Shown in pieces: positions 1 through 11,559 of a DNA stretch of 64,000 nucleotides; positions within the stretch are counted from its first letter, which is position 1, and every line of letters starts with the position of its first letter. The notes under the pieces were generated by a model that had not been told where the DNA came from, did no database searches, and saw only the letters and a list, made by a program, of their open reading frames with translations. Position numbers and translations under genes: made by a program. The DNA lies in sequence record MK250017.1. One strand, given 5' to 3'.

Positions 1-161
1 TGAGACATCCAAGCAAGTTTATCAGCATCTTCAACACCTGTAATCTTCTTAATAGTAGGTGCCCATGATTCGTAGATAGCTTTGTCGCTATTCTTAGCAG
101 TTGCACGATTTACATATGATTCGTAAGCCTATGCAACAGACTTATTACTTTTGATTTTCAT
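1..161 (-). CDS. Probable major capsid protein, N-terminal part (runs off window edge)
   Basis: Code-15 translation MKIKSNKSVAQAYESYVNRATAKNSDKAIYESWAPTIKKITGVEDADKLAWMS (Q11 = TAG); the W-x-P-x-I...D..K..W pattern resembles T4 gp23-like capsid N-termini. Confidence 0.5.
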
Positions 162-567
162 ATTAAAATTTTGTTTATTAATTTTTTGTTAAATTTTATA
201 TTGAATTTCTTAAAATATTTATCTAAGTTATTTTTATAAAAAATTTGATTTAAAAACTTATGTTTAAATATTTATTCAATATAATAAAGGTAAATATTTG
301 AATTTACCAGTGTAATTGTTAACTCAGATTACTAAATCAAATTATTTACATAACGAAATCACTATATTAAACGTTTGATTTCCATATAATTACACTTTTT
401 TATTTATAAGTATATCTTATTAAAATCTAGTCTTTAAATATAACCATTTTAATTTATTATGGTTAATTCAGTAGAATTAATTACAATAATTAATTTATTA
501 AGTATTCTGTTGTATATATGTTATTTATCTAATTATTTATCTATATTAAAATAATTAAAAAAGAAAT

Positions 568-843
568 TTACTTAGAAATTGTATCGTTTTTTGCAAATGA
601 TCTATCTTGTTGAACTTTCATATAAGCATCATAAAAACTAATAGTATCGCTTGCAAATTTAGTATTTAGTTTTTCATGTATATCTTTTACTTCTACACGA
701 ATATCTTCTATTGATTCTCGCATAGCAGGTTTAGTTACACAAATATCCCATATAATAGAACCAATCACGAATAAAATTATCAATATAGAACCTATGCAAC
801 TAAATGAATTATAACATTTTTGTGTCTAATTAGTATCAATCAT
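568..843 (-). CDS. Small membrane protein (one N-terminal TM helix)
   Basis: Track ORF 568-783 extends across one TAG to ATG at 843; hydrophobic stretch IGSILIILFVIGSIIW. Confidence 0.55.
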
Positions 844-899
844 TTTTCATTAAAGAGATTTAATTTTAATTTATTATTTCCACTGTATTAACTCTTTAA

Positions 900-1430
900 T
901 TATTTATCTTTAAATTCTAATGAATCTGCAACTTCAATTTTTTTATATTTTGCACTATTATTACAACGATCCATAGCTCTCTTATATTTTTCACCAAAGA
1001 AATGATATGTATATTCATTGCGTTCTTTTATTGCTTTAATATCTAATAACATCGGATCTGTTGGATGATACTAAGAAACAAATCGATAAACTAAATCAAG
1101 TTCTAATTGCATAGTTTGATATGCATGTCGATTAATTTCTTCCTCTATATTTATCACCTCTAAAAGATAGTAAATATCATCTGCATAATCATCTTTATCT
1201 ACTGCATCTTCAACTACAACTTTTACATTTTTTACTTCTGTTCTTAATTCCTATATTTCATTTGTATATATCTTAGAATAACTAAAATATATTACACCCA
1301 GTAAAATGACGATACCCAGTAAATTTCTTAAAGCTTTTGGAATCTTAAACAACTAATCAATAAACTCTTTAATTGCTTCCTGGTCTCCAACTTTTTTGAA
1401 AAAATAGGAAAGAATCTAAAATATATACAT
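900..1430 (-). CDS. Hypothetical membrane protein, 176 aa (code 15)
   Basis: Open from ATG 1430 to TAA 900 with 4 in-frame TAG; TM-like LLGIVILLGVIYFSY followed by a helical region. Confidence 0.6.
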
Positions 1431-1487
1431 TTTTAATTTATTTAATTATGTTATTTTAATATTTATCAAAAATATATACATAAGAAA

Positions 1488-1521
1488 AAAGGTTAAGATC
1501 TTAAAAGAGATCTTAACCTTT
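1488..1521 (-). terminator. Intrinsic terminator hairpin downstream of DUF2828 gene
   Basis: Perfect inverted repeat aaaggttaagatct/agatcttaaccttt with A/T tails. Confidence 0.7.
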
Positions 1522-1560
1522 AAATAACATTAATATTTATATTATGGTACTAATATAAAA

Positions 1561-2922
1561 TTATTTTGAAATATTCTTTGAATACTCTTCAATAAGTGTA
1601 TTCAAGAACTTCTGTCCATCAAATCCAACATTAAGGAACTTCAATAACATTGGTGAATAACCAGACATAAAAATATTTCCATACTTATCTGTCTCTGGTG
1701 ATGTCGTATTTCGAGAATTGAAATTCCACCAAACAAGCTTTGTATGCATTCCATTCTGCTTGAAAATATTCATCATCTCATCCTTTGTTTGATTTGAACC
1801 GCTATCAAACTCCATATCTGATAATACGACAATCCAATCTGGTGCATTCGTTGAATCAAGTTCCTTCAGCTTTGCGCATACAGCGCCAAAGTCTGTATTA
1901 GAGCAATCACCAGTATACATTGATTCAAGTTCTCTCTTATACTGAGATTCCTCAAAAAGATGTTGCTTTGAAAATTTTGGTGTTGTTCCCCAATAACCTC
2001 CGCGTACATAAGTATTTTCTACACCAAGCTTCAACAATACAGGGTGTGAAGAAAAACTCAAAACCGTATCTGGAGCATATGTTGAACACTTTGCAAGATA
2101 ATGACCTACTGCTAAAGCCTTTCCATAACTATCATTACTATCTTGCATTGAACCAGAAGAATCTACAACAGGAATCCAACTTCCTGAAATCTTTTCAATC
2201 TTTGAAAAGAACAAATCAGGATCAATCTTATCACGATTCTTATAAATGTCATAAACATTTGTAGTAGAAACCTTCAATTCTTGCTTACCTGAACGAACAT
2301 CTTCCAAATACTTTTGAAACCTTACCTTTGTATCTTCACCTGTTGAAAATCTCTTAAAATACTTAATCATTGCAAGTGATGGAACCTGTGAGAAAATAAT
2401 CTCTTCCGTTCTATGTCGTGACAACTTATTTTCTGTTGTATCAGACTTAATAAAATGTCCATAAGTCTGCTTATTCATATGAAACTGCTTTGCAATCTTA
2501 CGAGCAAGCATAAGATTCTTAGATGAATATCTAGGCATCCACTTCTTACAAAGTTCATTTCCTGACTTAATTTCACTATACAAAAATTCGCACATTTTTG
2601 CAAATGAAATTTCTCCCATCGATTCCCATCCAATAAACAAATCATCGAAACGACCAGCTTTTACTACATCAGATGGTGTTACCTCGGTCAATAACATAAG
2701 ACGACGACCAAGTTCACGTCTACCCAATCCAAAACGAGGATCTCGCATCATCATGGCAAACAACTTTGCAGTCATAGAAGTACCAATATATGGAATTTCA
2801 TCAAGATGCTTACCATAATATTCTGACATAAAGAGAATATCCAACATAGGATTCATTGTAGTGTTATATGCATTATCACCATTCTCTGTAGTCTTCTTTG
2901 CAAAAATTTCTTCCAATGTCAT
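1561..2922 (-). CDS. DUF2828-family TROVE/Ro60-like protein with C-terminal vWA domain
   Basis: N-terminal TENGDNAY..LDILF, RDPRFGLGRR, GRFDDL, KWMPR, VPSLAM motifs; vWA motifs VVDSSGSM, LSDMEFD, VWWN; no in-frame TAG. Confidence 0.75.
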   Translation of the reverse strand: MTLEEIFAKKTTENGDNAYNTTMNPMLDILFMSEYYGKHLDEIPYIGTSMTAKLFAMMMRDPRFGLGRRELGRRLMLLTEVTPSDVVKAGRFDDLFIGWESMGEISFAKMCEFLYSEIKSGNELCKKWMPRYSSKNLMLARKIAKQFHMNKQTYGHFIKSDTTENKLSRHRTEEIIFSQVPSLAMIKYFKRFSTGEDTKVRFQKYLEDVRSGKQELKVSTTNVYDIYKNRDKIDPDLFFSKIEKISGSWIPVVDSSGSMQDSNDSYGKALAVGHYLAKCSTYAPDTVLSFSSHPVLLKLGVENTYVRGGYWGTTPKFSKQHLFEESQYKRELESMYTGDCSNTDFGAVCAKLKELDSTNAPDWIVVLSDMEFDSGSNQTKDEMMNIFKQNGMHTKLVWWNFNSRNTTSPETDKYGNIFMSGYSPMLLKFLNVGFDGQKFLNTLIEEYSKNISK

Positions 2923-3030
2923 AATCTTTTCTTTTTAAATTTTGTTATTACAAAAGTTGTTTAAATATTAATTACCAAAAAATTATATTAAATTAAAAAT
3001 TGCGGACTTAACTTTCATTTTTAATAACAA

Positions 3031-3109
3031 ACAAGAGTCTATTTACCATATCAAGGATTATCTTACAAATAATATATTTTCTAATTAATTTGCTGTTTTG
3101 ACTCTCATG
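3031..3109 (-). ncRNA. ACAGCAA stem / anticodon-loop element A (undescribed motif)
   Basis: Minus strand ATGAGAGTC-AAAACAGCAAATT...aatcc-TTGATAT-ggtaa-ata-GACTCTTGT; first 22 nt match 62024-62045 at 21/22. Confidence 0.55.
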
Positions 3110-3157
3110 TATTTTTTATATGAACAAATATGTATTTTGTCTATTTAACGAATATTT

Positions 3158-3712
3158 TTAATTTTTATTTGCACTTGGTAAATGTCCATGTGAAATACAC
3201 CATAACATTAAATCATATACAAGTGAAATAAGTTCATCACCTTCAAGTTCAGGATCTTTAAATTCATGTTTTTTTATTTTAATGTGTTTATATATACCTT
3301 TTGTATTAATAGGTTTATATAACACTTTATACATATAATCAATATCTTTATTCTCATCTTTTTGTTTAATTATATGTAATTTTAATGTATGATAATTTTT
3401 TGTTTCGTCTATATTAACTGCATTATATTCATTATCACAATATATAGTTGATGGGAGTAAATCTATCATTTGTTCAAGTGTCCAACTTCTATATGATAAT
3501 TTTGTATTAACTCTATAATAATTAGAAGTACCAAAATGTAAATCATTGTATGATGTTGTACGCTGTGTCAATACTAAATCAAATTCATAACTTATATTAT
3601 CAAGTGAATTAGTATGTGAAAAACACATATGAACATGTTTATATGATGGAGAATATCCGCCATATACATCATTTATTTTCTTTTGCTCACTTTCTGTTAA
3701 CCACGTTCTCAT
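3158..3712 (-). CDS. Hypothetical protein
   Basis: 184-aa ORF with AT-rich phage codon usage; no recognisable motif. Confidence 0.7.
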   Translation of the reverse strand: MRTWLTESEQKKINDVYGGYSPSYKHVHMCFSHTNSLDNISYEFDLVLTQRTTSYNDLHFGTSNYYRVNTKLSYRSWTLEQMIDLLPSTIYCDNEYNAVNIDETKNYHTLKLHIIKQKDENKDIDYMYKVLYKPINTKGIYKHIKIKKHEFKDPELEGDELISLVYDLMLWCISHGHLPSANKN

Positions 3713-3801
3713 ATTATTATAATTAAAAAGAGTAGATACATATTGTTTTTATGTACCTACTCTTTATCATATATATTAAATATTAAAAAGTCTAATTAGA
3801 A

Positions 3802-6800
3802 TTAAACTAAAATACGAATTGCATGTTTTGGTAATTGTGTTACTTTACCTGCAACTGTACAATCTACAAGGTCTGTATCATCTGTAGTATCTACATATGA
3901 CTTAGGATTTACTTTAATCTTACGTAATGGTTCATCATTTTCAGAAGCAATTACAGCAGGAATCCAATCTTCAACATCAATGTCTATATTGTCTTTATGC
4001 CATGTTTCTTCTTTATCACCTACATAAACTCTTACGTCATCTACACCTTCTAGAATATCTTTGAGATTTGCTTTAAATCTTTCACCATTCAATGTATTTT
4101 TCAAAACCATTGAATCTACTACAATATTACATTCAACTGTTTTTCCATTTAAATCCGCCATTTTTTCAGCTTTAGGATTTTCTGGTGTTTTATTTAAATT
4201 ATTCTTATCGAATTCAAATTGGTCTGGTGTATTGTCAATATCCTTAAATTGTGAAGGATCTGGTTTAATATCCTTTGAAGTTACATCAATTGTTTTACCA
4301 TTCTTTGTAATTTTCAAATTTTGTTTATCACCAGTTTCTTCATCTACTGCAAATACAGTCCAAGGTTCATTTTTATAAAGAACTTTATCATTTACTTCAT
4401 ATTCAATAACAGCTCCTTCTTCTAAGAAAGGATTTTTGTTATGTTCAGTAACAAGATTTACATTAGGAAGTTTTGGTTTTACTGCTTCATTTTCATCCTG
4501 TTGTGGATCTAATGCACCGACTAAACCATCCTTCTTTTGTTTATCTTCAATTTCCTGTTTAAAATCATTTTCTTCTTTTGTTCCATATTTAGCGTCATTC
4601 GCTACTTTAGAATTATCAATATCATTATCGGAATCGACTTTTGTAGAACGTTTAATCTTACAATTTTCAGTTATATACTTATTATTACTATCATAAGATC
4701 TTCCTGTTAATGCACTGAATATAGAAGATATGATAAACATACAATCATCACTATCTGTTATGTTATAAGATGTAAGTTGTTCACCTTTATCTGCATAATC
4801 GACTTTTAATGATTCTATTGTTTGTCCAGGAACTTCATCTTTGAAATCTTCAATTATTTGATAAAATTCTTTTGCATCACGGTAATAAATATCTGCACCA
4901 ATTTGGTAAATTGCATATGATTCAGAATCACCAGATTCATAATTATCAGAAATAATAAAATATTTTACTGTATCAGAATCATGTCCTTCTGTTGCTAAAT
5001 CAGTAACTATAACATTATTTCCGTCTTCATTTGCTTTTTCAGCAGATTTTATTGCCTTTACCTGCATTTTACTTAATGTATCATAATCTGTTTCTTCATT
5101 ATAATCTTCTATTGGATTATTACCAGTAGAATCGGATGTAGAAATCTCGTTTGTGGTACTTCCATCAATTATCTCTTCTGTGAGAGGAGTACCTTTCTAA
5201 TCCTTTGATTTAGAAGCCTTGATGGTAGCTTCATTTAAGAAAAAACTTTTACCCACCTTATTTTTAAATACAGGAGTAATCTTAATAGACTTATGTTCTT
5301 TAAGTGGTTTCTTTACCTTAACCTCTTTTGATTCTGGAATTTCTGTTCCGTCTGCAGAAGGTGCTGGTAATTCAATTTCTGTATTTCCTGATTTATATGT
5401 AGGAATAATTACAGTTTCTTTATCATCTGAATCATCGTCCTCGTCGGAATCATCATCATTCTCATCTTCATCATCAGTTATATCAGACATTTTAAAACCA
5501 AACATATCATCGTCAGAATCATTATCTGAATTATCATCATCGTTCTCATCTGATAACTTTGTTAATGGATAATCCCAATCGTCATCATCGTCATCATCAT
5601 CTGAATCTAATTTCTGAGAATATTCTTCACGATCTTCATCATTTCCATCTCTTAAATATGCTGCTTCCCAATCATCATCGTCGCCATCATCATCTGCAAG
5701 TTGTGCAGCAACAGTTGGACCTACTTCTTCATTTGCAGGTTCAGCAGTTTCACAAACATCACTATAATCAGGATGATTCTTAATTGCATCAATAACAGCG
5801 GCATAAAGTTCATTTGTCATAGGTTCGTTATCAAGAATAGGATTATTATCATCATCCAAGTAGAACTCAATTGTCTTGTTCTCCACATACTTCTTACCTG
5901 TGCCATCAATCATAGGAACAATTACAATAACAGAACCTGATTTTTCTTTCTTACCATCCTTAACATTCTCATCAAACATTACATCTGCAATTTTATATGA
6001 AAATTTAGGTTGATATGTTTCTTCTTTCTCATCTTCAACTGTTTTAGGTGTATTAGCTGGAATATCTTCAATTTCAGAATTTGTTCCAAGTGGATCTTCT
6101 GTATCACCACCAAATACATCTGTTGCTTCATCACCAGGTTCAGCAGTTTCATCATCATCTGAATTATCACCCATATCAACAGTTGTCATTGAATTATATG
6201 TATCTTCATCATTATCTTCTGATGCAGTTTCATCATCATCAGAATTTACAAATTCATCTTCATCATCTGTTTCTGTTTCATCAGAATCTTCTGGTTCAAA
6301 TATATCTTCATCATCATCAGTAGAATCTGAATCATCTGAATCATCATCAAAATTAACTTCCTTAAATGCTTCTTCATCATCTTCATCTGAATCTTCTTCA
6401 GAACCAAATACATCATCTGAATCATAGTCATCATCTGAATCATCAAAATCAGTTTCATCTTCATCTGAATCGCTGTCTGCATCAATTGCATTAGCTGCTG
6501 CATCATCAAATCCAGTACCTTCAGAATCTTCATCATCATCTGAATCATCTGAATCATCATTTGAATCACTACCAAGGAATTTTGCAAATTCATCATCAGT
6601 AACACCTTCATCTGACTCTTCATCATCAAAATTATCGGTTGCTTCAGAATCACCGTCTTCACCACTTAATGGTTGTGAAAGTTCATCTTTTGATGCATCA
6701 ACTTCTTCATCAGACATTGGTTCATTTGGATTTTCCTTTGTTACTGTACCATCATCTGTTGAATCATCATCTGTTGTTTCGTCATCATCTGTATCATCAG

Positions 6801-8859
6801 AATTATCTTCACCTGTTACATCATCTGCTTGTTTCTGCCATTCCTTATATTCTGCCTTAATATCATCAAGTTTCTCTTCTGCATCTGCAATAGCTTTTTC
6901 AAGTTTCTCCTTATTTTCATCAGATGCAGATTCAAGAGCTTTATTAAGTTTTTCAATCATATCCTCATACTTTTCGATAGAATCTTCATACTGATTCTTT
7001 GTCTCATTAAGTTTAAGAATAATCTTATCTTGAGATGGAAGTAAATCACTGAATAATGATGATACATTAATACCCATATGTTCATTTAACTTATTCTTAC
7101 AGAAAATAGGATTTACGTTTCTGTAGAATGTATGCTGACCAATCGCATCATTATGTGTTGCAATGAATATATTCTGATCAAGTTTAAACAAGTCTGCATT
7201 AATATTATTATTCTCATTAAGAGTTACATGCTTAGCCCAATCAATCTTTGCAATATTATTGAAATTCTCCAATAAACAAGAACACATAATATAGAAATTT
7301 GTATCATAATCATCATACTTCATACACATTTCACGAAGATTACGAAGTGTTTCTTTTGATTCTTTATGTCCATAAATATCAACATAACCTTCAAAAATTG
7401 TTGCATACTTATCATTACTATGAAGGATAATATGATCTTCATTTATTTCAACATGTGGATCATTTACAAGACGACAAAGTTCAACAAATCTCTCATCAAG
7501 CTGATCAACAAGTTTATCTTCTAATACAGCAATGTTATTTCCTTTCTTTACATAGAATTGACCGTTAACATTGAAAATTGCTTCATTTTCCTTAACATAC
7601 TGAACAGGCGTATAGATATTAGAAACTGATGCATTTTCTCTAATAATATTAATCTGATCTTTAATATTTAATGCTTTTTCTGTAAGTTCATTCGCTCTGC
7701 GAGAATTATCTGAATAGATAACATTAAACATTTCATTGATATAAGGATCAGAAGCATATGGCATCAACGCATTACGTAATTGAACTCTGTTAATAGCATT
7801 AGGTTCTTTTACATAACGAGCAACATCTTCTTGAATAAGGTCTACATAAATGAATGAAGAATGATCATCCTTCATTTCCTCTAAAATCTTAGTAAGTGTA
7901 ATTTCTTCACGTTTTGAATCTACCTTTTCAGTAATAGACTTCATTGCCTTACTAACAGGAAGCAAATAATTAAATTTAGATACATTCTGAAGGAATGTTT
8001 CATAAAGTCTCTCTTCATATGCACCCTGATTAATAGCATTAGAATAAAGATTAATAACTTCCATAAGACGCTGATTAGATGAAGCGTCTGAATGACGAAT
8101 ATTATTAATATGTTCGGAAAGATTAATTCCTTGATTATTTGCAATAGCATTTAAGCAGAAATCATCTTTTTCTGTTAAACGTGCTTTTTCATCTTCATCA
8201 AGTTTCTCATCAATATAACGTTGAACCTTTGAGAAAATCTGGTCCATTGTTTTCTTATCACGTTGTTCCTGAAGTTTCTTTTCAAAATTCTTTACTTCAG
8301 ACTCATTAACATAATCTGCATGGATAAAATTAGCAGACATAGAAGATTCTTCAGTAAGAAGAATATTTAATTTAGTTGCAACTGGATCACCATCTTCTAC
8401 GAGTGGAGACAATGCTTCAACAAGATTATCCTTTGTTTCTTGACATTTATTTGCAACATATTGATTATACAAATATTTGATATTATCTTTTGTTAAAGGA
8501 TTCTCAATCTGTTCAATAAGTTGATAACCGACAAGATTTGCTCCATCAGTTGCCAATGTATTATTCATCTGTTCAATGACAGTCTTAATAGATTTATTAC
8601 CTTTTGCGTATTTAGCAAGTCCTTGTCCAAACTGCTCAAAAAGCATAAAATCCTGAGCACCATTTACAAGTGCATTATTATAGTTAACCAAATAGCTCAT
8701 TAATTCGGGATTCTTATGTCCCTCTTCAATAAGTCCATTTACATATCTATGAATATTGAACTTAGTGGTACCATCGAAGTTTTCTGTATCTCGATTAAAA
8801 CTTTCTTGAATAATATTACGAACGCCTTCTAAAAGCTCGTTTTTATTTAATTTTCCCAT
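3802..8859 (-). CDS. Very large acidic protein, 1685 aa (probable head-associated/scaffold-like)
   Basis: Track ORFs 5197-8859 and 3802-5067 are in the same frame, separated by one TAG (5197-5199) and 43 sense codons; long Asp/Glu-rich tract and repeated L/V-N-E motifs. Confidence 0.75.
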
Positions 8860-8931
8860 TAAAGTTTAAATATGTATTTTTATTTTTATTATTTATTATC
8901 GAAAAAATTAAGCATATTTTCAAAAATATGC

Positions 8932-10302
8932 TTAAACTATTAGTATTGAATCACTTACACATTTATTTTCAGTATTATAGTGATCTCTTAAAATTAATTT
9001 TACTATTTTTGTATTAACCTTTCTTGGATAAACGAAACATTCAAATTCTATAGGATTATTTTCATCTATCATAAAATTTTTAAGATTTAATTTAGCTGGA
9101 ACTTCCTTTAACTATCCTTTATTATCTTCATATGATATTATACAGTCAACTTGTGGTTTTGCTGTTATAAAATATCCTTTATTTAATACATAAACAGTAG
9201 ATTCATCAACAATACGTGTTTCTGGATCCGGATACATATAAATTTCAGGATTTGTATAAACTGTACATTCATCTGTATTAGGTACTAAAATATCAATACG
9301 AGATGGATTCTCAATAAAATCTAGCGGTATTCTCCAATGATAGAAATTATGATTATCGACTGAATCTAGAAGAAACTGTTCACCTTTATCATCTTCATAT
9401 AAAATATCAACTTGAAGAAGATCTCTATCTTGATATGAATATTTCCATTCAACAAGAAGATCTTGTCCAGAAACAAGAATCATATCTTCAAAATCAGTTA
9501 CCCAGTGTAATGGACCTGTTATTTTTTCTGGATGTTGTCTATTTACCCATATAGCATAACCCATATTATTAATGGCATTATCTGCAGGTCTTTCATTATA
9601 TCTGTCAAATATAGGTTGATATGTTTCGCACTATATTGTAAATGGAACCTTTATCATCGTATCAGACGGTAACTGTCCGAATGTATAAGTGCCTCCTGCA
9701 GTTGGTTGATATGCAGATTCTGGAAATCCTACACGTACAGGTACAACAGTTCCTTTATAGTTTATATGAAATGTTAAATTTTTATAAAAGAATTCTCGAT
9801 ATGCCTGATTTATTTTCATTGCTTCATTCATTGTTGAACAACGAATTTCTACATTAAAACTATATGTTAACGGCATAGAATATAGATATGAAACATATGA
9901 TTTAAGCTTACCATTTTCTCTGCGCGTATATTTTCCCATTACAAATCTGTTTGTAATGTTTCCTGATTCTATCTATACACTTGACATTGATAAACGTCCC
10001 TAAGGATAAAAATCGAAATTACCGTCTATTTTTTGTAAACCTATATCAGTACATTCATCACTTGTAAAATTCGTATAATTATCTTGAATAAACTTTTCTG
10101 AATTTTGATTTGAACCACCGAAATCATAAAAAAATGGAACACAAACATTTTCTATTCCTTCTTCTGTATCATCCCATCTCTATTCGTAAAATAATCTTCT
10201 ATTAAATACTTTTAATAAACCTACGAGAATAGCTCTATCAAAAACATCTGTTGTGTTTCTTGTTTCAAAAAGCTATTTAGGTGTTAATTGTGTTTTTGAC
10301 AT
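8932..10302 (-). CDS. Putative neck / tail sheath stabilizer (T4 gp15-like), 456 aa
   Basis: Track fragments 9631-9939 and 9112-9564 join across TAGs from ATG 10302 to TAA 8932; VPFFY..EKFI and MPLTYSFNVEIRC segments resemble gp15-type proteins. Confidence 0.5.
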
Positions 10303-10381
10303 AATAAACTAAAATATAGTTTCAATATTTATTAAATAAAAAATGTGACTTATATTCCGGTATATAAGTCACATTTTAATA

Positions 10382-11545
10382 TTATCTTAATTCTTTATCT
10401 AATAGACATAAACCTGATTTATAAAATTTCCATATATTTATGGTATATATATGTTCATTTGTTTCCTTATCATCATATTCAAACATATATCTTACTTTCA
10501 TAAAATTACCATGTTCATCTTTTCCTTGTTCACCTTTATCTTTAGAACCATAGTATATAGATGACATATAACCATAAGTTGGGACATTATAACCTTTATT
10601 TTGTAGATAAAGAATTGTTTCTTTATTTATAATATTTTCAATTTTAATCAAATCTTTAAATGTATATTGTTCAAAATTATTATCTATTACAAATTGTTTA
10701 AATAAATCTTCACCATATTCAAATCCTTTATATTTAGATGGTTGTAATATAGATGGTTGTGAATTCATTCTATATTTCTTAAATCCTAATTTTTTAAGGA
10801 AATTCAAGAAATCATCAAATGATTTCAAAGTATCAAATACATTTGGATATTCAAATGTTATATATGATGTTTTCCATACTTTTGATATAGATATAGGTTT
10901 CTAATCATTTGTACTAGACATAACAAAAGTATTTACATATGAACTTAAATTATAAGAAGTTATAGGATAATCATCTGTTGAACTCATAATAATATCTTTC
11001 ATTTTTGATGGAATACCATCTTCAAAATCAATAAATACTTTTTCAACAGTATAATTATTTTTTATATATACATTCATTAAAAAATATGTATTAATATATA
11101 CAAAACGTTTTTTTGTACCATATGTAACATATTCGCAGTCATTATCATCATTTGCATATATTATAATTCTATGAATAATATTATCAGTTACATATATTGA
11201 ACATATTTTATGATTTCTAATATATATTTCTACACAATCATATGAATCATTTATATTATAATCTGCAAATTTACATCTAATTTCATAATAATCTAATCTC
11301 TTATATGAAACTAATTGTGTAATAGATGATATATATAATTCTCCTATTTTATACAAATTTTCTGCATTATCTAAATCTGAATAACTTGATGGATATTCTG
11401 TTTTATTCCATGGTTTATTTTTTAATGTATTTAATTCATCATCGATAACCTTCTATGTAAATACAGACTATGTTGCATTATTATCCACAATATCATCAAT
11501 ATCATCAAATAAACTCTCTATTAAACGCTTTATTAATTTATTCAT
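10382..11545 (-). CDS. Hypothetical protein with N-terminal ESLFDD motif, 387 aa
   Basis: Fragments 10901-11356 and 10382-10828 are in frame; ATG 11545 gives MNKLIKRLIESLFDDIDDIV; 3 in-frame TAG. Confidence 0.65.
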
Positions 11546-11559
11546 TTTTAATATTATTT

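Noticed and set aside
5219-7044. Many His/Gln- or Met/Ile-rich ORFs overlapping the acidic gene (likewise 24314-25837 and 27841-28633)
   Set aside because: Shadow frames of GAT/GAA/TCA-rich low-complexity coding sequence; the Asp/Glu frame is the real one
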